NCBI GenBank assembly: GCA_010093745.1
Contig: MU005976.1
Span: forward strand, 62,001 to 126,000
Source of the DNA: Piedraia hortae CBS 480.64
Lineage: Eukaryota
Reading direction: 5' to 3'
Length of the DNA: 64,000 nt
Shown here: piece by piece, positions 1 through 11,790 of the stretch
Position numbering within the stretch: the stretch's first letter is position 1
How the letters are laid out: the number at the start of each line of letters is the position of its first letter
The notes under the pieces: generated by a model
The model's input: only the letters and a program-made list of their open reading frames with translations
What the model was told of the DNA's origin: nothing
Database searches by the model: none
Program-made: the position numbers and the translations under genes

Positions 1-2
1 CT

Positions 3-1595
3 TCTCCATCAAAAATTGCTGGTCTGAGCACAACCTTCCCCTGGAGTGATCTCAATGATTTCACCATCAGCGAGGAAGACGAGGAACGCCCATCTGAGCG
101 TGCTCTTGCAGCTAGGATCGCTCGACATACTGCAGCTGGGTCAAACGACCGCTATGCGCTTGCCGTCAAAGACCTTGTCAAAACACTGACCGATGTGCAA
201 GAAAAAGAGCCGTACTGGGAGGATCTGAAGCAACTCGATCTTCACCACCGGTCTCTTTCGTCGCTTGTCGGACTTGAGGACTTCTGCCGACGTCTGGAGG
301 AAATGGACGTTTCTCAAAACGACCTGACGCAGTTGGACGGTGCACCATCAAGCATCAGAATCCTCCGAGCATGTCACAATCGCCTGAGCAGTATAACACA
401 CTGGGGGCAGTTGAGCAACCTGCAGTATCTTAACCTCTCCAACAACCTGCTAGACAGCCTGCACGGCCTCAGCCACCTGGTACATTTACGCGAGATCATA
501 GCTGACGACAACCAAATCACCAGCATTGACGGCATCTTCGCACTCGATGGCCTGTTAAAACTCCGCCTGCGCCGCAACAAACTACAACGCATCGACTTTG
601 GCACTTCTTATCTCAAACGTCTCACAGACCTCGACCTAAGCGACAACGACATCAGCATCGTCGAAAACATCGATCGCCTGGACGATCTCACAACCCTCCG
701 CTTAGACGGGAACATGCTCCCAAGTGGCGTGCGCACATCACACTCCATGGCCAAACTCAAAACCCTCTCCCTCCGCGACAGCGGAGTCGAAACCCTCTCC
801 GTGGGTGTCTTCCCAGGTCTCCAATCCCTTAACGTAGACGACAACCGTCTCCCCACCATAACCGAAATCTCCAACCTCCACCTAACTGTCCTCTCAATGC
901 GTCGCCAGACCCTCCCTCAAGCCACCCCATTGTCAATCCTCTCCCAACCCCTCGACACCCGCATCCTAAACCTCTCCGGCAACGTCCTGCAAGCCCTAAA
1001 TTTCACCCACAGCTTCCTCGACCTCCGCACCCTCGAACTTGCAAGTGTGGGGCTACAATCCCTGCCCGAGGATTTCGGAATCTTAATGCCCAACCTTCGA
1101 ACTTTAAACCTCAACTTCAACAATCTAAGCGACATCCGTCCACTAGTCAATATCCAGAACTTGCAGACCCTCACCCTCTGCGGGAACAGGATCGATAGGC
1201 TCAGGAAATCAGCGGCGACGCTGTCTAAACTCCCAACGCTGAGGGAACTAGATATAAGGGATAATCCACTTACTAGGGGGTTTTATCCCCCCGTTATCAC
1301 GCAGCTTAGGGAGGGTTGTGTTGCGGTTGCTACATCCACGGAGGAGGTTGATGGGGATGGGGATGAGGGACGGTACTCCCTCCCCCCCGCATCCCAAACA
1401 GAGGATGTATCGCATATGGGCAAAAGCGACGATGAGACAAAATTGAGAAGACGGGTGTATGGGTTATTGGCCGCGCATAATTGTTCACATTTGGAGAGGT
1501 TGGATGGATTGCCGTTTGAGAGGGAGTTGGTTGGAGTTAGAGACGAGGTTTGGGAGAGGTTACTTGAGTTGGGGGTTGTGAGGAGGTCGAATTGA
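3..1595 (+). CDS. cdc11: Leucine-rich-repeat septation-initiation-network scaffold (Cdc11/Nud1/SepK-like), 5'-truncated by window edge
   Basis: Frame is open from base 3 (…DRYALAVKDLVKTLTDVQEKEPYWEDLK…), followed by many LxxLxLxxN repeats and a C-terminal LDIRDNP…LERLDGL LRR cap; family assignment from recall of Cdc11/Nud1 architecture. Confidence 0.75.
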   Translation, partial: SPSKIAGLSTTFPWSDLNDFTISEEDEERPSERALAARIARHTAAGSNDRYALAVKDLVKTLTDVQEKEPYWEDLKQLDLHHRSLSSLVGLEDFCRRLEEMDVSQNDLTQLDGAPSSIRILRACHNRLSSITHWGQLSNLQYLNLSNNLLDSLHGLSHLVHLREIIADDNQITSIDGIFALDGLLKLRLRRNKLQRIDFGTSYLKRLTDLDLSDNDISIVENIDRLDDLTTLRLDGNMLPSGVRTSHSMAKLKTLSLRDSGVETLSVGVFPGLQSLNVDDNRLPTITEISNLHLTVLSMRRQTLPQATPLSILSQPLDTRILNLSGNVLQALNFTHSFLDLRTLELASVGLQSLPEDFGILMPNLRTLNLNFNNLSDIRPLVNIQNLQTLTLCGNRIDRLRKSAATLSKLPTLRELDIRDNPLTRGFYPPVITQLREGCVAVATSTEEVDGDGDEGRYSLPPASQTEDVSHMGKSDDETKLRRRVYGLLAAHNCSHLERLDGLPFERELVGVRDEVWERLLELGVVRRSN

Positions 1596-1970
1596 CGTGG
1601 TCAGGAGGGGATGATAATGGGGAGTTTTGTTATGGATTGGCGTTGGGGCATACATAGGTGGGTGTTTTAATGATATTTCACTTTTTCGGTTGTCATGGAA
1701 TGTTAAGGGTTTCTCTGTAGATGGTCCGATGCTTTATACTGTAGAGGTGTCATGTGGCGTCGGCGGGATCGTGGTCTCATGGAATAGAACTTTTGGTTAA
1801 GGGCCTCCCCCCCTTTTGCCCGTCACATTAGTGGAATGTTGCGAGTCATTGAAAAGTCAACCCCTTATTTTCCTACCTAGCGTTACGAGAGAATCCTACA
1901 CAACCGCTTGAATTCCCACATGCGCCAAGCCCTTTTCCCCCTATTTATATTTTGACTCCATCAATTTCCA

Positions 1971-3100
1971 CTACCTATTCTCCTTCAACTCAGCTCTATT
2001 CTCAGCCAGAAGCTGCCGAATCATATGTCACCTTGAGTTAGCATCCTTTAATTTACTGAGCTGTGCGTTATATGCGTTCTTTGTCCTTCTCACGCGTCTC
2101 GAAACTTCATAAACTGAGGGCTTTAGTACCTCGCGAGCGTGAATGAGATTTTCGAATTCAGAAGCTGTCCAGAAACTACCAGAATCTTTTTTCAACATGC
2201 CAACTTTGTTCCAATGCTAATATTGAAACTCATGCGAGCTTTGGTAGTTTTTAAGGGGTAGGAGTTTATTTTTGGTGGGGTTTTGTCCGGTTTCGTCAGC
2301 GTCAATTTGTGCGCTTTCTGGGGGTGCGGAAGGAGGAGGAGGAGGAGGAGGAGGAGTGAGGCAGTGCTTGGTTGAAGTGACTTGCTTGCATGGTTTCGTT
2401 GCTGAATTTGGCGCGCGCAAGTCTATCTCTACGTAAGAGGTAATAGTTTGTTCGGGGGGATCAAGAACAGATTTTGATCTTGGTGTGTTTGAATGAAGGG
2501 GTTCGATGGTGATTGCCAAGAAGAGATTGTCCGATCAATGCAAGTGGTACGGAATCCGCTGAGCTCGAGCGTAGTTTTTGCTTGGCTGGTCGGAAAATGC
2601 TTGAGGCCTTCACTGGTTCGCCTTCGTCTTGGGGCATTCGTTCCAGACCTGCAGTCGAGGTGTCCGTGATTTCCGTCCCAACTTCTTTCTCCTTCAATCT
2701 TGGAGCAGGTTCAGTCGGCGCGATCGGCTGGCTTTTCTCGGTATATTCGGTACTTTGTACTTCCAATTGTCTCTTAAGCCCACTAACCGCATAAATCCGC
2801 AACCCTACTTCGCTTTCGCCATTTATTCTGGTGTCAGTCTCACCGAATGCGTCTCCACTATACTTTGCGAGAATGATAAAGTACTGTGCTTCTTCTTCGT
2901 CGCTGTCTAGATCGTTATAATCATTTTGACAGGATTCATCCTTTGGACTTGCGATGGCACAGAGCGACTCCGACACTACGATCCAGCGGCCAGCTCTACA
3001 AGAACAAGCGAGAGTATTCAAACGTCGGGCAAAAACCGCAGAAGACAAGCGCCGAGCCAACGATCTTTAGAAGGCTAGAGGTGATTGGAGAAGGCTGAGG
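1971..3100 (-). pseudogene. Decayed Myb/SANT-like DNA-binding protein gene, copy 1
   Basis: ORF pieces 2461-3060 and 2217-2519 (frameshift) continue in frame past TAG 2217-2219 into WTASEFENLIHAREVLKPSVYEVSRRVRRTKNAYNAQLSKLK (Myb-like helix-turn-helix), then a TGA; homologous to copy 2. Confidence 0.55.
2331..2356. repeat. (GGA)n microsatellite (poly-Pro on minus strand)
   Basis: aggaggaggaggaggaggaggaggag seen directly. Confidence 0.9.
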
Positions 3101-3206
3101 CACCACGTAAGATGTGCAGTCTCGGTCAAAAAGTGTGTGTAACTGTGTACATCTCTACATGCTAAGAGCTAACGCAACGTCTTCCACAGATCCACAGCTG
3201 GCCAGA

Positions 3207-3385
3207 CCGCATTTGCCGAGACCACACGATGACGTGATCTCGTCACAGGGGAAAACTCCTCTATGAGGCAGAAATCCCTGCGAAGCCTCGGGCGTTCTAA
3301 CTACCACCGATCTATCTCATCTGACACAGGGCTCACCGTGCTACCACGTCATACCATGCCGGACCAACCCGCCTCGTCTAAGTTT
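3207..3385 (+). repeat. Dispersed non-coding repeat, copy A
   Basis: ccgcatttgccgagaccac … tcgtcacaggggaaaactcctctatgaggcagaaatccctgcgaagc aligns by eye with 20046-20211 (+) and 9200-9420 (-). Confidence 0.7.
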
Positions 3386-3899
3386 ATTGAAAGGTTTCTG
3401 GCAGTTGTTATAGGGCTGTCGTCGGTAGGCAGAGCGGCCCATGCCGCTGATGCATCACGTTGGCGTTCAATAGTCATTGGAGCTAGACATCTTTATAGGA
3501 AGATATCTCAGTCTCGTTTCCGCTGGGTTGATCTGAGAGTCACCTTGATACTAGCAGCCCCACACGGTCGCTCCCACCTCGAACTTACACCAATCTTGGC
3601 GTGGATCACGATATGTTTCGACGAGTAAGCATATGGAGGAGGAGCGGAGGAGGTGGTTACTTAGGTGCCCCTTGGAAGGTGGAATCGTTCCCTCGCAACG
3701 GATTATATGGGTATTGGTGCTCGTGGACCCGTAAGAAATTGATTTACGGTTATCATCCATCTACTACGCGTCACTATCCGGTCAATTTGCCAAGAGTGAG
3801 CGTGTGAAACACACATACAGTTATAAGTGGGTTGGTCTTTGCTCGTTAGGTCAAAGATGCGTCATGTTCAGGTACATACAGGTGAGTGGAGACGAGATT

Positions 3900-5330
3900 G
3901 GAGTTAGAGATCCGCTATGAAGGGAATCCGGCGTATGCAGTCTGATACCAGGTTTGACTGTAAAACTGTCACTCATTCCCTTAGAAATACAATCCAACTG
4001 TTCGACCCTTGGATATGCAAACTTTCCAAACACTCCCAATTAATCCAAGCCCACGCCAAGCCCTTTCTCCATTTGCAATTTTTCTCTATGAGTTGCCATT
4101 CTCTACTTTCTTGTAGCTCGGCCCTTTCTTCTGGTGAAAATGGCTGCACAACCAGTTGTCTTGTGATGGGATTTTTAGCCTTTTCCATTGTATTCTGCAT
4201 ACCTCCGAAGTTCTTCCCAGGTGTTTTGCAATTATTAGATAGGAAACCTCTAGCTCCTCACGCTCATGGATGAGATGTTTGAGCTCACAAGATATTCAGG
4301 TACTGCGATGTCGGGAAGTCTTAGAACCCATGCGAGATGAGACCAGTGATTTTCAGCCGGAGGACACTTGGTGTAAACTTTTGCTCTTTTTGATGCTCTC
4401 GCAGGTTGCTGATATCTCTCTTCTTTTGCTCGGCATTGCCGCCGCTGTCGCGTCGGTATCTTGATTTTTGTCTTCTTTGGTTGGACGGCTCATCTCGTCG
4501 TCTATCGAGGCTTTAGGTGTATTTAAACCGGCCTCTTTGCAGAAGAAGGGGAAGTGCAAGGCTTGGTCGAACTTTCCTGCTTGCGAGACTTTGATGCTAA
4601 ATTTGAACCCTTTTTAGAGTCATCTTTGTCGACTTTTACGTTGGCGACACTGTTCTTTTCTGAGTCTGGAGCCGGAACAAGAGCCGATATGGCGTTGTGT
4701 TTAAGCAAAAGATTACGATCGCGATCAGCCAGTAGAGATCGTCTGATGATCGCAATTGGCACGGAATCCTCCGAGCTCGAGCTTAATTTGTACTTGACTG
4801 GTCGTAAATCTTTGGCCCTTCGCACATGTTCCCTTTCGCCGAGTGACGTTTAATCCGGTCCTTTGATCGGGATGTTCATGAATCTTTCCTCGTCGAGTCT
4901 CGTACCATTTTGTCTAGGTTTTGCCGGAGCGTTCGGTTTACTTTCAAAGTCTTCAAGCTTCACTCTATACCGTTGTCCGGAATGTCTATTACGCTCATGA
5001 TATATAGCATCTTGCATGTCTACTTCGCCCTTTCCATTTGCCCTAGCTTCAGCATCAATCTTGGAAGGAAATACGTTTCCGCTATATTTCGCGAGATGGC
5101 AAAGTATTCTTCACCACTGTTCAGATCCTGGTCATCGTTTCTACAAGATTCATCAATTGGGGTTGCGATAGCACTGGGGTAGTCTACCAGGACAGTCCAG
5201 CGGCTTTCACAGGTTTTCTGCGATAAAAAGGGATGGGATGATTCGATATCGGATGCAAAGTGGAGGAGAAACGTGCCTAGTTACAGAGTCTTGGAGTGCT
5301 CGACGATGATGAAGGTGGAGCGAAAAAGAT
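3900..5330 (-). pseudogene. Decayed Myb/SANT-like DNA-binding protein gene, copy 2
   Basis: Fragments SAIATPIDESCRNDDQDLNSGEEYF and LRPVKYKLSSSSEDSVPIAIIRRSLL match copy 1 (CAIASPKDESCQNDYNDLDSDEEEAQYF; FRPAKQKLRSSSADSVPLALIGQSLL). Myb-like repeat T*ISCELKHLIHEREELEVSYLIIAKHLGRTSEVCRIQWKRLK has TGA (4296-4298) at the Trp position; several stops and frameshifts. Confidence 0.6.
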
Positions 5331-5867
5331 GAGGGAGGTGCTGCATCGCATCATACAGCGCCGGACCGACCCACCTTGTCCACGGTCATGAGGCAAAGAT
5401 AATGCCTGAAAAGATAGAGCGTTCAAGAACTTGATCGCTAGGTATCTCAGGTGAGTGTATTCTTAGGTTCGGGGCTGAATCTACATATGGCTTTGGAAGT
5501 CGTCGTCTGTCGGCATCCGTAGTGCATGTTTGTTTTGAATAGAAAGATTGGACGACTGTGGAGGGGTGAAAAGATGAATTATAAGTCAACCTTCTTTCTC
5601 TCAAGGACTGACTTTATATACAATGAATTCCGATGCTCCCAGCCTTCCGTTGAGGTGCCCAACCTCTTTCCAACCTCTTCGCCAGCCTTTTCTCTAGCCA
5701 CCCCAACCTCTGCAGATTATTTGTCTTAGTGCGTAGGGCAACTTGGTGCTGGAAGCTACCGAGAAGCAACATGACCAGCGTCGGCTTAGTCACAACAATG
5801 TTCTGTTACGTCACTGCCGGTGTTCGTCCACGCGGGGTAGCTGACGTCAGCAACACCTGCACCCAAC

Positions 5868-7229
5868 ATGACGCTGCATTGCCAGAAATGTCGGGTAGAG
5901 CTGCGGTTGGACTCTTCGCTGCAGGCTCTCAATCCTGCGTCCTTTAAGATCCTCTCCGAGGCGGCGAAACCCGCGAAACTGCAGCCGGCAGAGCTCACTC
6001 CGCGCACCGCAACCGCACAAGAGCGCCGACGTCGCTATGATGAGGTCTCGCAACAGGCCGGGCCGCCTCTATACAAGAGAGAAGTCTCTTCATCGCATAT
6101 GGCCAAGGGTGACATGTCGTTTGTCAACGTCACAGATTCGATGACGGGCGATCAGGTTGTCAGGTCGCAAGAATACAGCCACCCAAAGACGGATGCTCGA
6201 AAGATGGAAATGGCCACGCGCTTGTTTGAAGTGCTGTCAGCACGCTCTGACATCGACCACCCCATTTGCCAAGATTGCACCGAGATTCTGCTGGAGGGAT
6301 TGCAGGAGCGCCAGGCCAGCGCAGTGCGGGAAAGAGATGCATACTTAGGCTTTCTAAAGCAAGCGCAGCAGAACATGCCCACCGATGAAGACACTAAAAA
6401 GACAAGGAAGGAGCTGGAAGGTGCCCAGCTGGAAGAGAAGAAGGCACTGGCTGAACTTGAAGTTCTCGAAGCGGAAAAGACGCGGATGGAGGAGGAGCTT
6501 GCGGCACTAGAGGCCGAGGCCGAGGAAGTAGAAGAGGCTGAAGAAAAGTTTTGGAGGGATCGGAACGCATTTGCCCAGGAATTGGCAGATTTTCGCCAGG
6601 AGAGGGACAGTCTCCAGGCCCAGTTGTCACACGACAGTAAACTGCTAGAATCTCTGCAGAAAACGAACGTCTACAATGACACCTTCTGCATTGGTTACGA
6701 TGGGCATTTTGGCACAATCAACGGACTACGGCTGGGTCGTCTGCCCGACCATCCCGTAGATTGGTCCGAGATCAATGCTGCTCTTGGTCAAACTGTGCTC
6801 CTTCTGGCGGTTGTCTCTGAGAAGCTGGGCTTCACAATTCCAGGCTACCGCTTGGTGCCTCAAGGATCAACGTCGAAGTTGATTCTACAAAACCCCAAGG
6901 CGGTAGTCACGGGTGCTGGGAAAACCAAAGGTACCGTCCACGAACTATATAACAGTGGGCACCTTCCATTTGGGCTGCATCTTTACGGCGGTTTTGACAG
7001 TGCCATGATAGCCTTCGTTGAATGTGTTGCTGCGGTTGGAAAGCACGTCGAACGCACTGGTGTCAAATTGCCGTATGAAATCCAGATTTCCAAAGACTCA
7101 GCCCGTGTTGGCGGGATGAAGATTTGCCTAGGTGGCGTTGGAAAAGAGGAGTCGTGGACCAAATCGTGCAAGTATCTGTTGACTTGTTGCAAGTTTCTTC
7201 TAGCATTGGTCAGTCGGTCAAGTGCTTGA
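5868..7229 (+). CDS. atg6: Autophagy protein Atg6/Vps30 (Beclin-1), 453 aa, intronless
   Basis: CQKC N-terminus, DIDHPICQDC, long coiled coil, KTNVYNDTFCIGYDGHFGTINGLRLGRL, WSEINAALGQ, WTKSCKYLLTCCK motifs. Confidence 0.96.
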   Translation: MTLHCQKCRVELRLDSSLQALNPASFKILSEAAKPAKLQPAELTPRTATAQERRRRYDEVSQQAGPPLYKREVSSSHMAKGDMSFVNVTDSMTGDQVVRSQEYSHPKTDARKMEMATRLFEVLSARSDIDHPICQDCTEILLEGLQERQASAVRERDAYLGFLKQAQQNMPTDEDTKKTRKELEGAQLEEKKALAELEVLEAEKTRMEEELAALEAEAEEVEEAEEKFWRDRNAFAQELADFRQERDSLQAQLSHDSKLLESLQKTNVYNDTFCIGYDGHFGTINGLRLGRLPDHPVDWSEINAALGQTVLLLAVVSEKLGFTIPGYRLVPQGSTSKLILQNPKAVVTGAGKTKGTVHELYNSGHLPFGLHLYGGFDSAMIAFVECVAAVGKHVERTGVKLPYEIQISKDSARVGGMKICLGGVGKEESWTKSCKYLLTCCKFLLALVSRSSA

Positions 7230-7893
7230 TCACCACCCGTAAGGATCATGGCGTTCTTCGTCACAAACGTTGATGGCCAAGTCGCGGAAAGTTTGCGCAG
7301 CGCAGACGGGAAGAGCAGAGCCAATTAGTGATAAACTTGTAAAAGCCGGTCTTGCTGTCCTATAAAAACAATAGAGAACAGTCAGGCTGCAGTGGAGCTG
7401 ACATAGCGCTCTGTCTTGGCACCTCTCGAATTGGAGCCTCGCCTTTCAGAGACTGTTCCGCAACGCACCTCACGTGCGAAGACTCTGGGTCAAACGACAA
7501 GAAAGTTCAAACAGCCCGCGCGCGAACAATTGGTGCTAGCCTTCATAGCTTATGTAACAATACCGGAGGTGATGTAAATCTTGGTGGATTTGCATAAAAG
7601 TCTTGATTATCCTGTGCCTTTCAAGCGTTTCGCTGGCACGGCGTGACAAATAGAATAACAAACAGCCCGAAAAAGAAGCTTAACAACTTGGCAAGTAGTT
7701 CTCCAAAAATAAATCAGGCATCTGTCTTCAGTCCCCCGCCCTTTCCCTCCCCGACACCATGAAGAGAAACACAAATAAACCCTCTAAACCCCGAATGCGG
7801 GCGAGTGCCTCTAAAGCAAGCCAAAGCCATATGCAGTGCAAAAGATGAGCTTTGCCGCTCCGTACTAAACGATACCTGAAAAGCCATCCGCTG

Positions 7894-8488
7894 ATCCGTT
7901 CCCGCAGAGGAACAAACTGAAAAAACTAGCGCCCGCATCTCACCTCGCAACCAAGACAATGAGTTCGAGCGTTACGAAGTTGAGCGTATTATGACCTATC
8001 TGAAGACAACAATCGAGCGCTTCGAGATTCTTGCCAAACAAATCAAGCAACTGCCTACCGACGCTGGAAAAGAAGGATTCACCCTCCCACATCGCTTAGT
8101 AGGAACTTCCTTTGTCGACTACAGGAACGTTATTAATCGAGATTATGGCGAGGAGAAAGGTCCCGAAGTTTTTGCGTTTCTACACGACTATGCTGCTAGA
8201 GCGGCTCCGATTTTATTGGATGTGTTGCGAGAGGCGTATGAGAGGGGCAAGGAGGAGAAAGTTGCTTTTAAAGCGGCTTGGTTGGAGTAGGCAAGTGTGT
8301 TTGTTGGAGAGGCTAAGGGACGGAGAAACCTTGCGCGGGCATCGGATTTGCCGGCGGGTCTTTGCCCCGTCTCATCGGTTGGTGGTCGGCGTGCCAGGGC
8401 GTTCAAGGCATGGCGGGTGAGGTTGAAAGAATCGGCAGACGTGAGAAAATGGCTTCGAGCTCGTCGATGTCTTCGCTTACGAAATTGA
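7894..8488 (+). pseudogene. Orphan protein-like ORF interrupted by an in-frame TAG (8288-8290); function unknown
   Basis: ORF 7991-8290 continues in the same frame as ORF 8297-8488 (AAWLE*ASVFVGEAKG…); protein-like composition but no recognisable motif. Confidence 0.3.
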
Positions 8489-9199
8489 CCGAGACAACTA
8501 GTCCAGTGGCATAGAGTGTTGGATGAGGTCAAGTAGATGGTAGATATTTCGCGTACGAGTCGTCGATAACAGGGATCTCGATGCCTTTTGAAAATGTGTG
8601 ATGTATTATGAAAGCTAGGCATTAGTCATGTTAAAGATTTTAGGGTATAAGTTAAAGAAGCACGAGGTGACAGCCACCGGTACGCCAATCTCCTTAGCCA
8701 GAGGATCCGTATGCTCTCGAAGATATTGGCAGTATTAGTGTGGAAGCATCACGTCCCCATTACTTGAATCTGAGTTGGATTGATAGCTCGCTCAAGAGTT
8801 GTTGGTCGATTACCTAATCAACTCAAAGATTCCAGACAGACAACCCAATTCTGCTTTGGTTCAAACTTCAGCAAGCGAACTCAGTTGATGCATTTAGTGA
8901 GCCAAGATAAATTATACACTTGCATGGAGGTCCATCGGAGCTACAGCTGCGGTTTTATGCTTGCTGTCAGAAGGATGTGGCACCCACCATGACCAGGATG
9001 CTAGACGGAAGTCGAAACTGTTACGGTGTTCAGAGCAAAGGGTTAAAAAAATCCCAACAATGAGGACAATCCGAACTGCTATCTACTGGGAAGCTAGGAT
9101 ACTATAAACCAATCCAGAAGCGCCATCCATACGCGCGTGGTAGCGAGCGTAGCTATGAATAACCAACAGGGCGCATCGGTGTATCAAATTCCCTTTGCG

Positions 9200-9575
9200 C
9201 TTAGGTGGCGCGGGTCGTCCCGCGCGCACTCACAGCCTCGCCGTAATAGAAATTCCTCAGGATTTCTACCTCTATAGAGAAAGTTTTCCCTGAGACGGAT
9301 CATTGTCTTGTTCATGCTTAAGGGCATGGTTTGCTGACGTTGTCCTGGCGATTGCGGTTAGACTGAGGTAGTGTGGAGAAGGTTTCGAGCCTCACCTCAC
9401 ATAGATTTAGACATCTACATTCACCTTTTAATCAGAGTTGAGTGTACATATTTGTATTTGATCTACGTTCCGCTTTATTCCTCGGAGGTTCACCTCTCCG
9501 ACACTTGCCAATTCAGCCGGGGACGTTGCGTACAGATGATTTATACATGATTCAGGTCGCCGTAGGGACGCATGA
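9200..9575 (-). repeat. Dispersed non-coding repeat, copy B (inverted)
   Basis: Reverse complement atgtagatgtc…cacactacctcagtctaaccgcaatcgcc…agcatgaac…ccgtctcagggaaaactttctctatagaggtagaaatcctgagg aligns with copy C. Confidence 0.7.
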
Positions 9576-11060
9576 CGGAAGGTTGAAATCATGTTTATCG
9601 CGGTATTTGTTCGTCTCGCTACCGAAGAAGCAGCACAACCTTACAGATGTTTTCGTGTGCATGTGTGTTACAAATTATAAAAACCAATGAGTACTCAACC
9701 ACCTCGGTCTCCAACGCGGAGCCTTCCGCGGCGACCTGCATAACCGTACCAGTTAGGTTTAAGTCCCACTTTTTTGATTTATGCATGATTCTCGGGCCGA
9801 GCCGTTCCACAAACCTTACGGATTGTCGAAGACACACAGTATTGCATCATCATCAACAACTCTAAACAACTGCGTTCGCAAACATCATCAGAAAATTAGC
9901 CAACCAGTATTCCAGTTTCCCGCGAATTCTCAAGTCAACAACCAGTAAGTTCCGGAGTCTCTCTTGCTCTGCATCTGAACTCCTCTGCGCAGGATGCGGC
10001 GATGCCAAGCAAATAGGGTTAACAGCTTGTCGCCGGGCTGCTTTCGACTCTCTAGAAGAAGAAAAATGAGGCCAGCCTCAACTAAATTCGCAAAGGACAA
10101 GCGGAGTATCGCCTTACCGTTTACTGTCCGCGCGGCCGTCACCTTCCCGTCACCCGCCACTTCGGCGTTGGCGACCAGTCCCATCCACTATCAAGCGATT
10201 GGGATGCATCTTGTCAAGTTCGCCAACAACTCTGTTGCTTGTGGGTTGCCATCACCTTTGCTGTGGCTCGCTCTCGCCTTTGGGCGAGTTGTGGTTTTAT
10301 TAATCCGACTCGAGGACTAAAGCCTAAGGAGAGGCGGACCACGCCTGCCTGGGCAGCCAGCAAGCGTCTGGCAATCCCAGTGTGGAGCGAAAGTTCCAGC
10401 ACACTGCGGCGTGTGTCAGATGGCCAGTTCAACTGTGACTGGTCGCATTTCTGGTTTTGTCTTGGTGAGTTGTAACCTTTCTTGCTTCTTAGATTGTTGT
10501 GTTGTTTTTGATGGCCGAGGTATGTATCCATCCTCTATGGTGTATTGACAGCAGGAATCTTTAGACCATGTAAATGAAATACATAGCTATGATATGTACA
10601 TCTTTCCCCATGTTGCTGTCAGAATACATCTTTCTGGAGATAGAGCTCCGGCTCAGCGAGAATATAAGCTCCTCTTCGGAGATACGAAGTTGTAGGCTAA
10701 AGTTTTTGTTCTGTCTATGTACAGCAAATAGTATACAAATTTCACCATCAGTTTTGGGCAAAGAATTGTTGTGCCAAATCTTGCCCAATCCTTTGTATCC
10801 TCAATCGGGTGATGTAGGGCTGGTCCCCGTCACAAATCATGTTCAGATGCAGAGGCTGATTCCCGCATATCGTAGTTTCATGCATGTTTCTTCTCATCAT
10901 GCACGTAGTGCATCGTCCCCTCCGGGATTCATCTCTGGCCTAGTATTTAGCTGAGTCATTCCCCCGAAGAGAGAGGGGGATGCACCCCTATATTCGTTCA
11001 CGTCATTGTTCCCCTTACTTTCATTGTATCCTCGGCTAGTTCTTTGCTTAGCCCGAGCTC

Positions 11061-11087
11061 GCTGCCATAGCTGCCATAGCTGCCATA
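11061..11087. repeat. Tandem repeat (GCTGCCATA)x3
   Basis: Three perfect 9-bp units seen directly. Confidence 0.9.
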
Positions 11088-11790
11088 ACTGTCTTCTGCG
11101 CCAGGCAGAGCCGCTCTGGTCGTGTTGCCGTCCTCGGTAACTTTGTACTTTTGGCAGAAGCATTTGTGGGCTTTGCAGAGGGATTGAATGAGTCTGAAAA
11201 ATCATATCTTGCTGTTCGCCGGGTGTTGAGTGTGAGATAGTAGCATTGTACAAAAATGGAGCAAAATCTCTTAGGTGTCTGGGACAGAAATGTCTTCCGC
11301 ACGCCCTATGCGGCACAGATAACTTCACTGGAGTAAACATAGCGACTAGGCGAAAACACATAATTTGAATGCATCCATTGCTTGGGCTTCAATTGGATAG
11401 TCTGGGCGAGAGAGAAAATTCGGGGATTAACCTAGTACCATGTTGGCAATGATGCTTTGACAACGGCCATAGAGAATTTAAACATCATGCCACGCGGGGA
11501 TCGGGACGAATGGAATTATATGTCAGACCTCTTGACACGAGTTGGATTATCCAGACTTTTCTCCATAATCTATTGATGGATAGCATTCGAATGACAGTAC
11601 GTGCACAACACTTATCGTTACACAATAGCAACGCATGAAAGTGGAACTGACTTGACATAACACGTTCAGAGGTCATATTCATGAATACGACGCGACGTGA
11701 CGCCCCCACGTCGACTTGCTTCTATTTGTTCCGCTTCCGCCTCTTCCACCTCTTCCACCACATCCCGTCTCGGAAACACTTCAGCTCATC

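Noticed and set aside
5840..5851. Palindrome GCTGACGTCAGC (CRE-like) before atg6; TGACTCA sites near 22455 and 44290
   Set aside because: Short motifs expected by chance; no conservation data available
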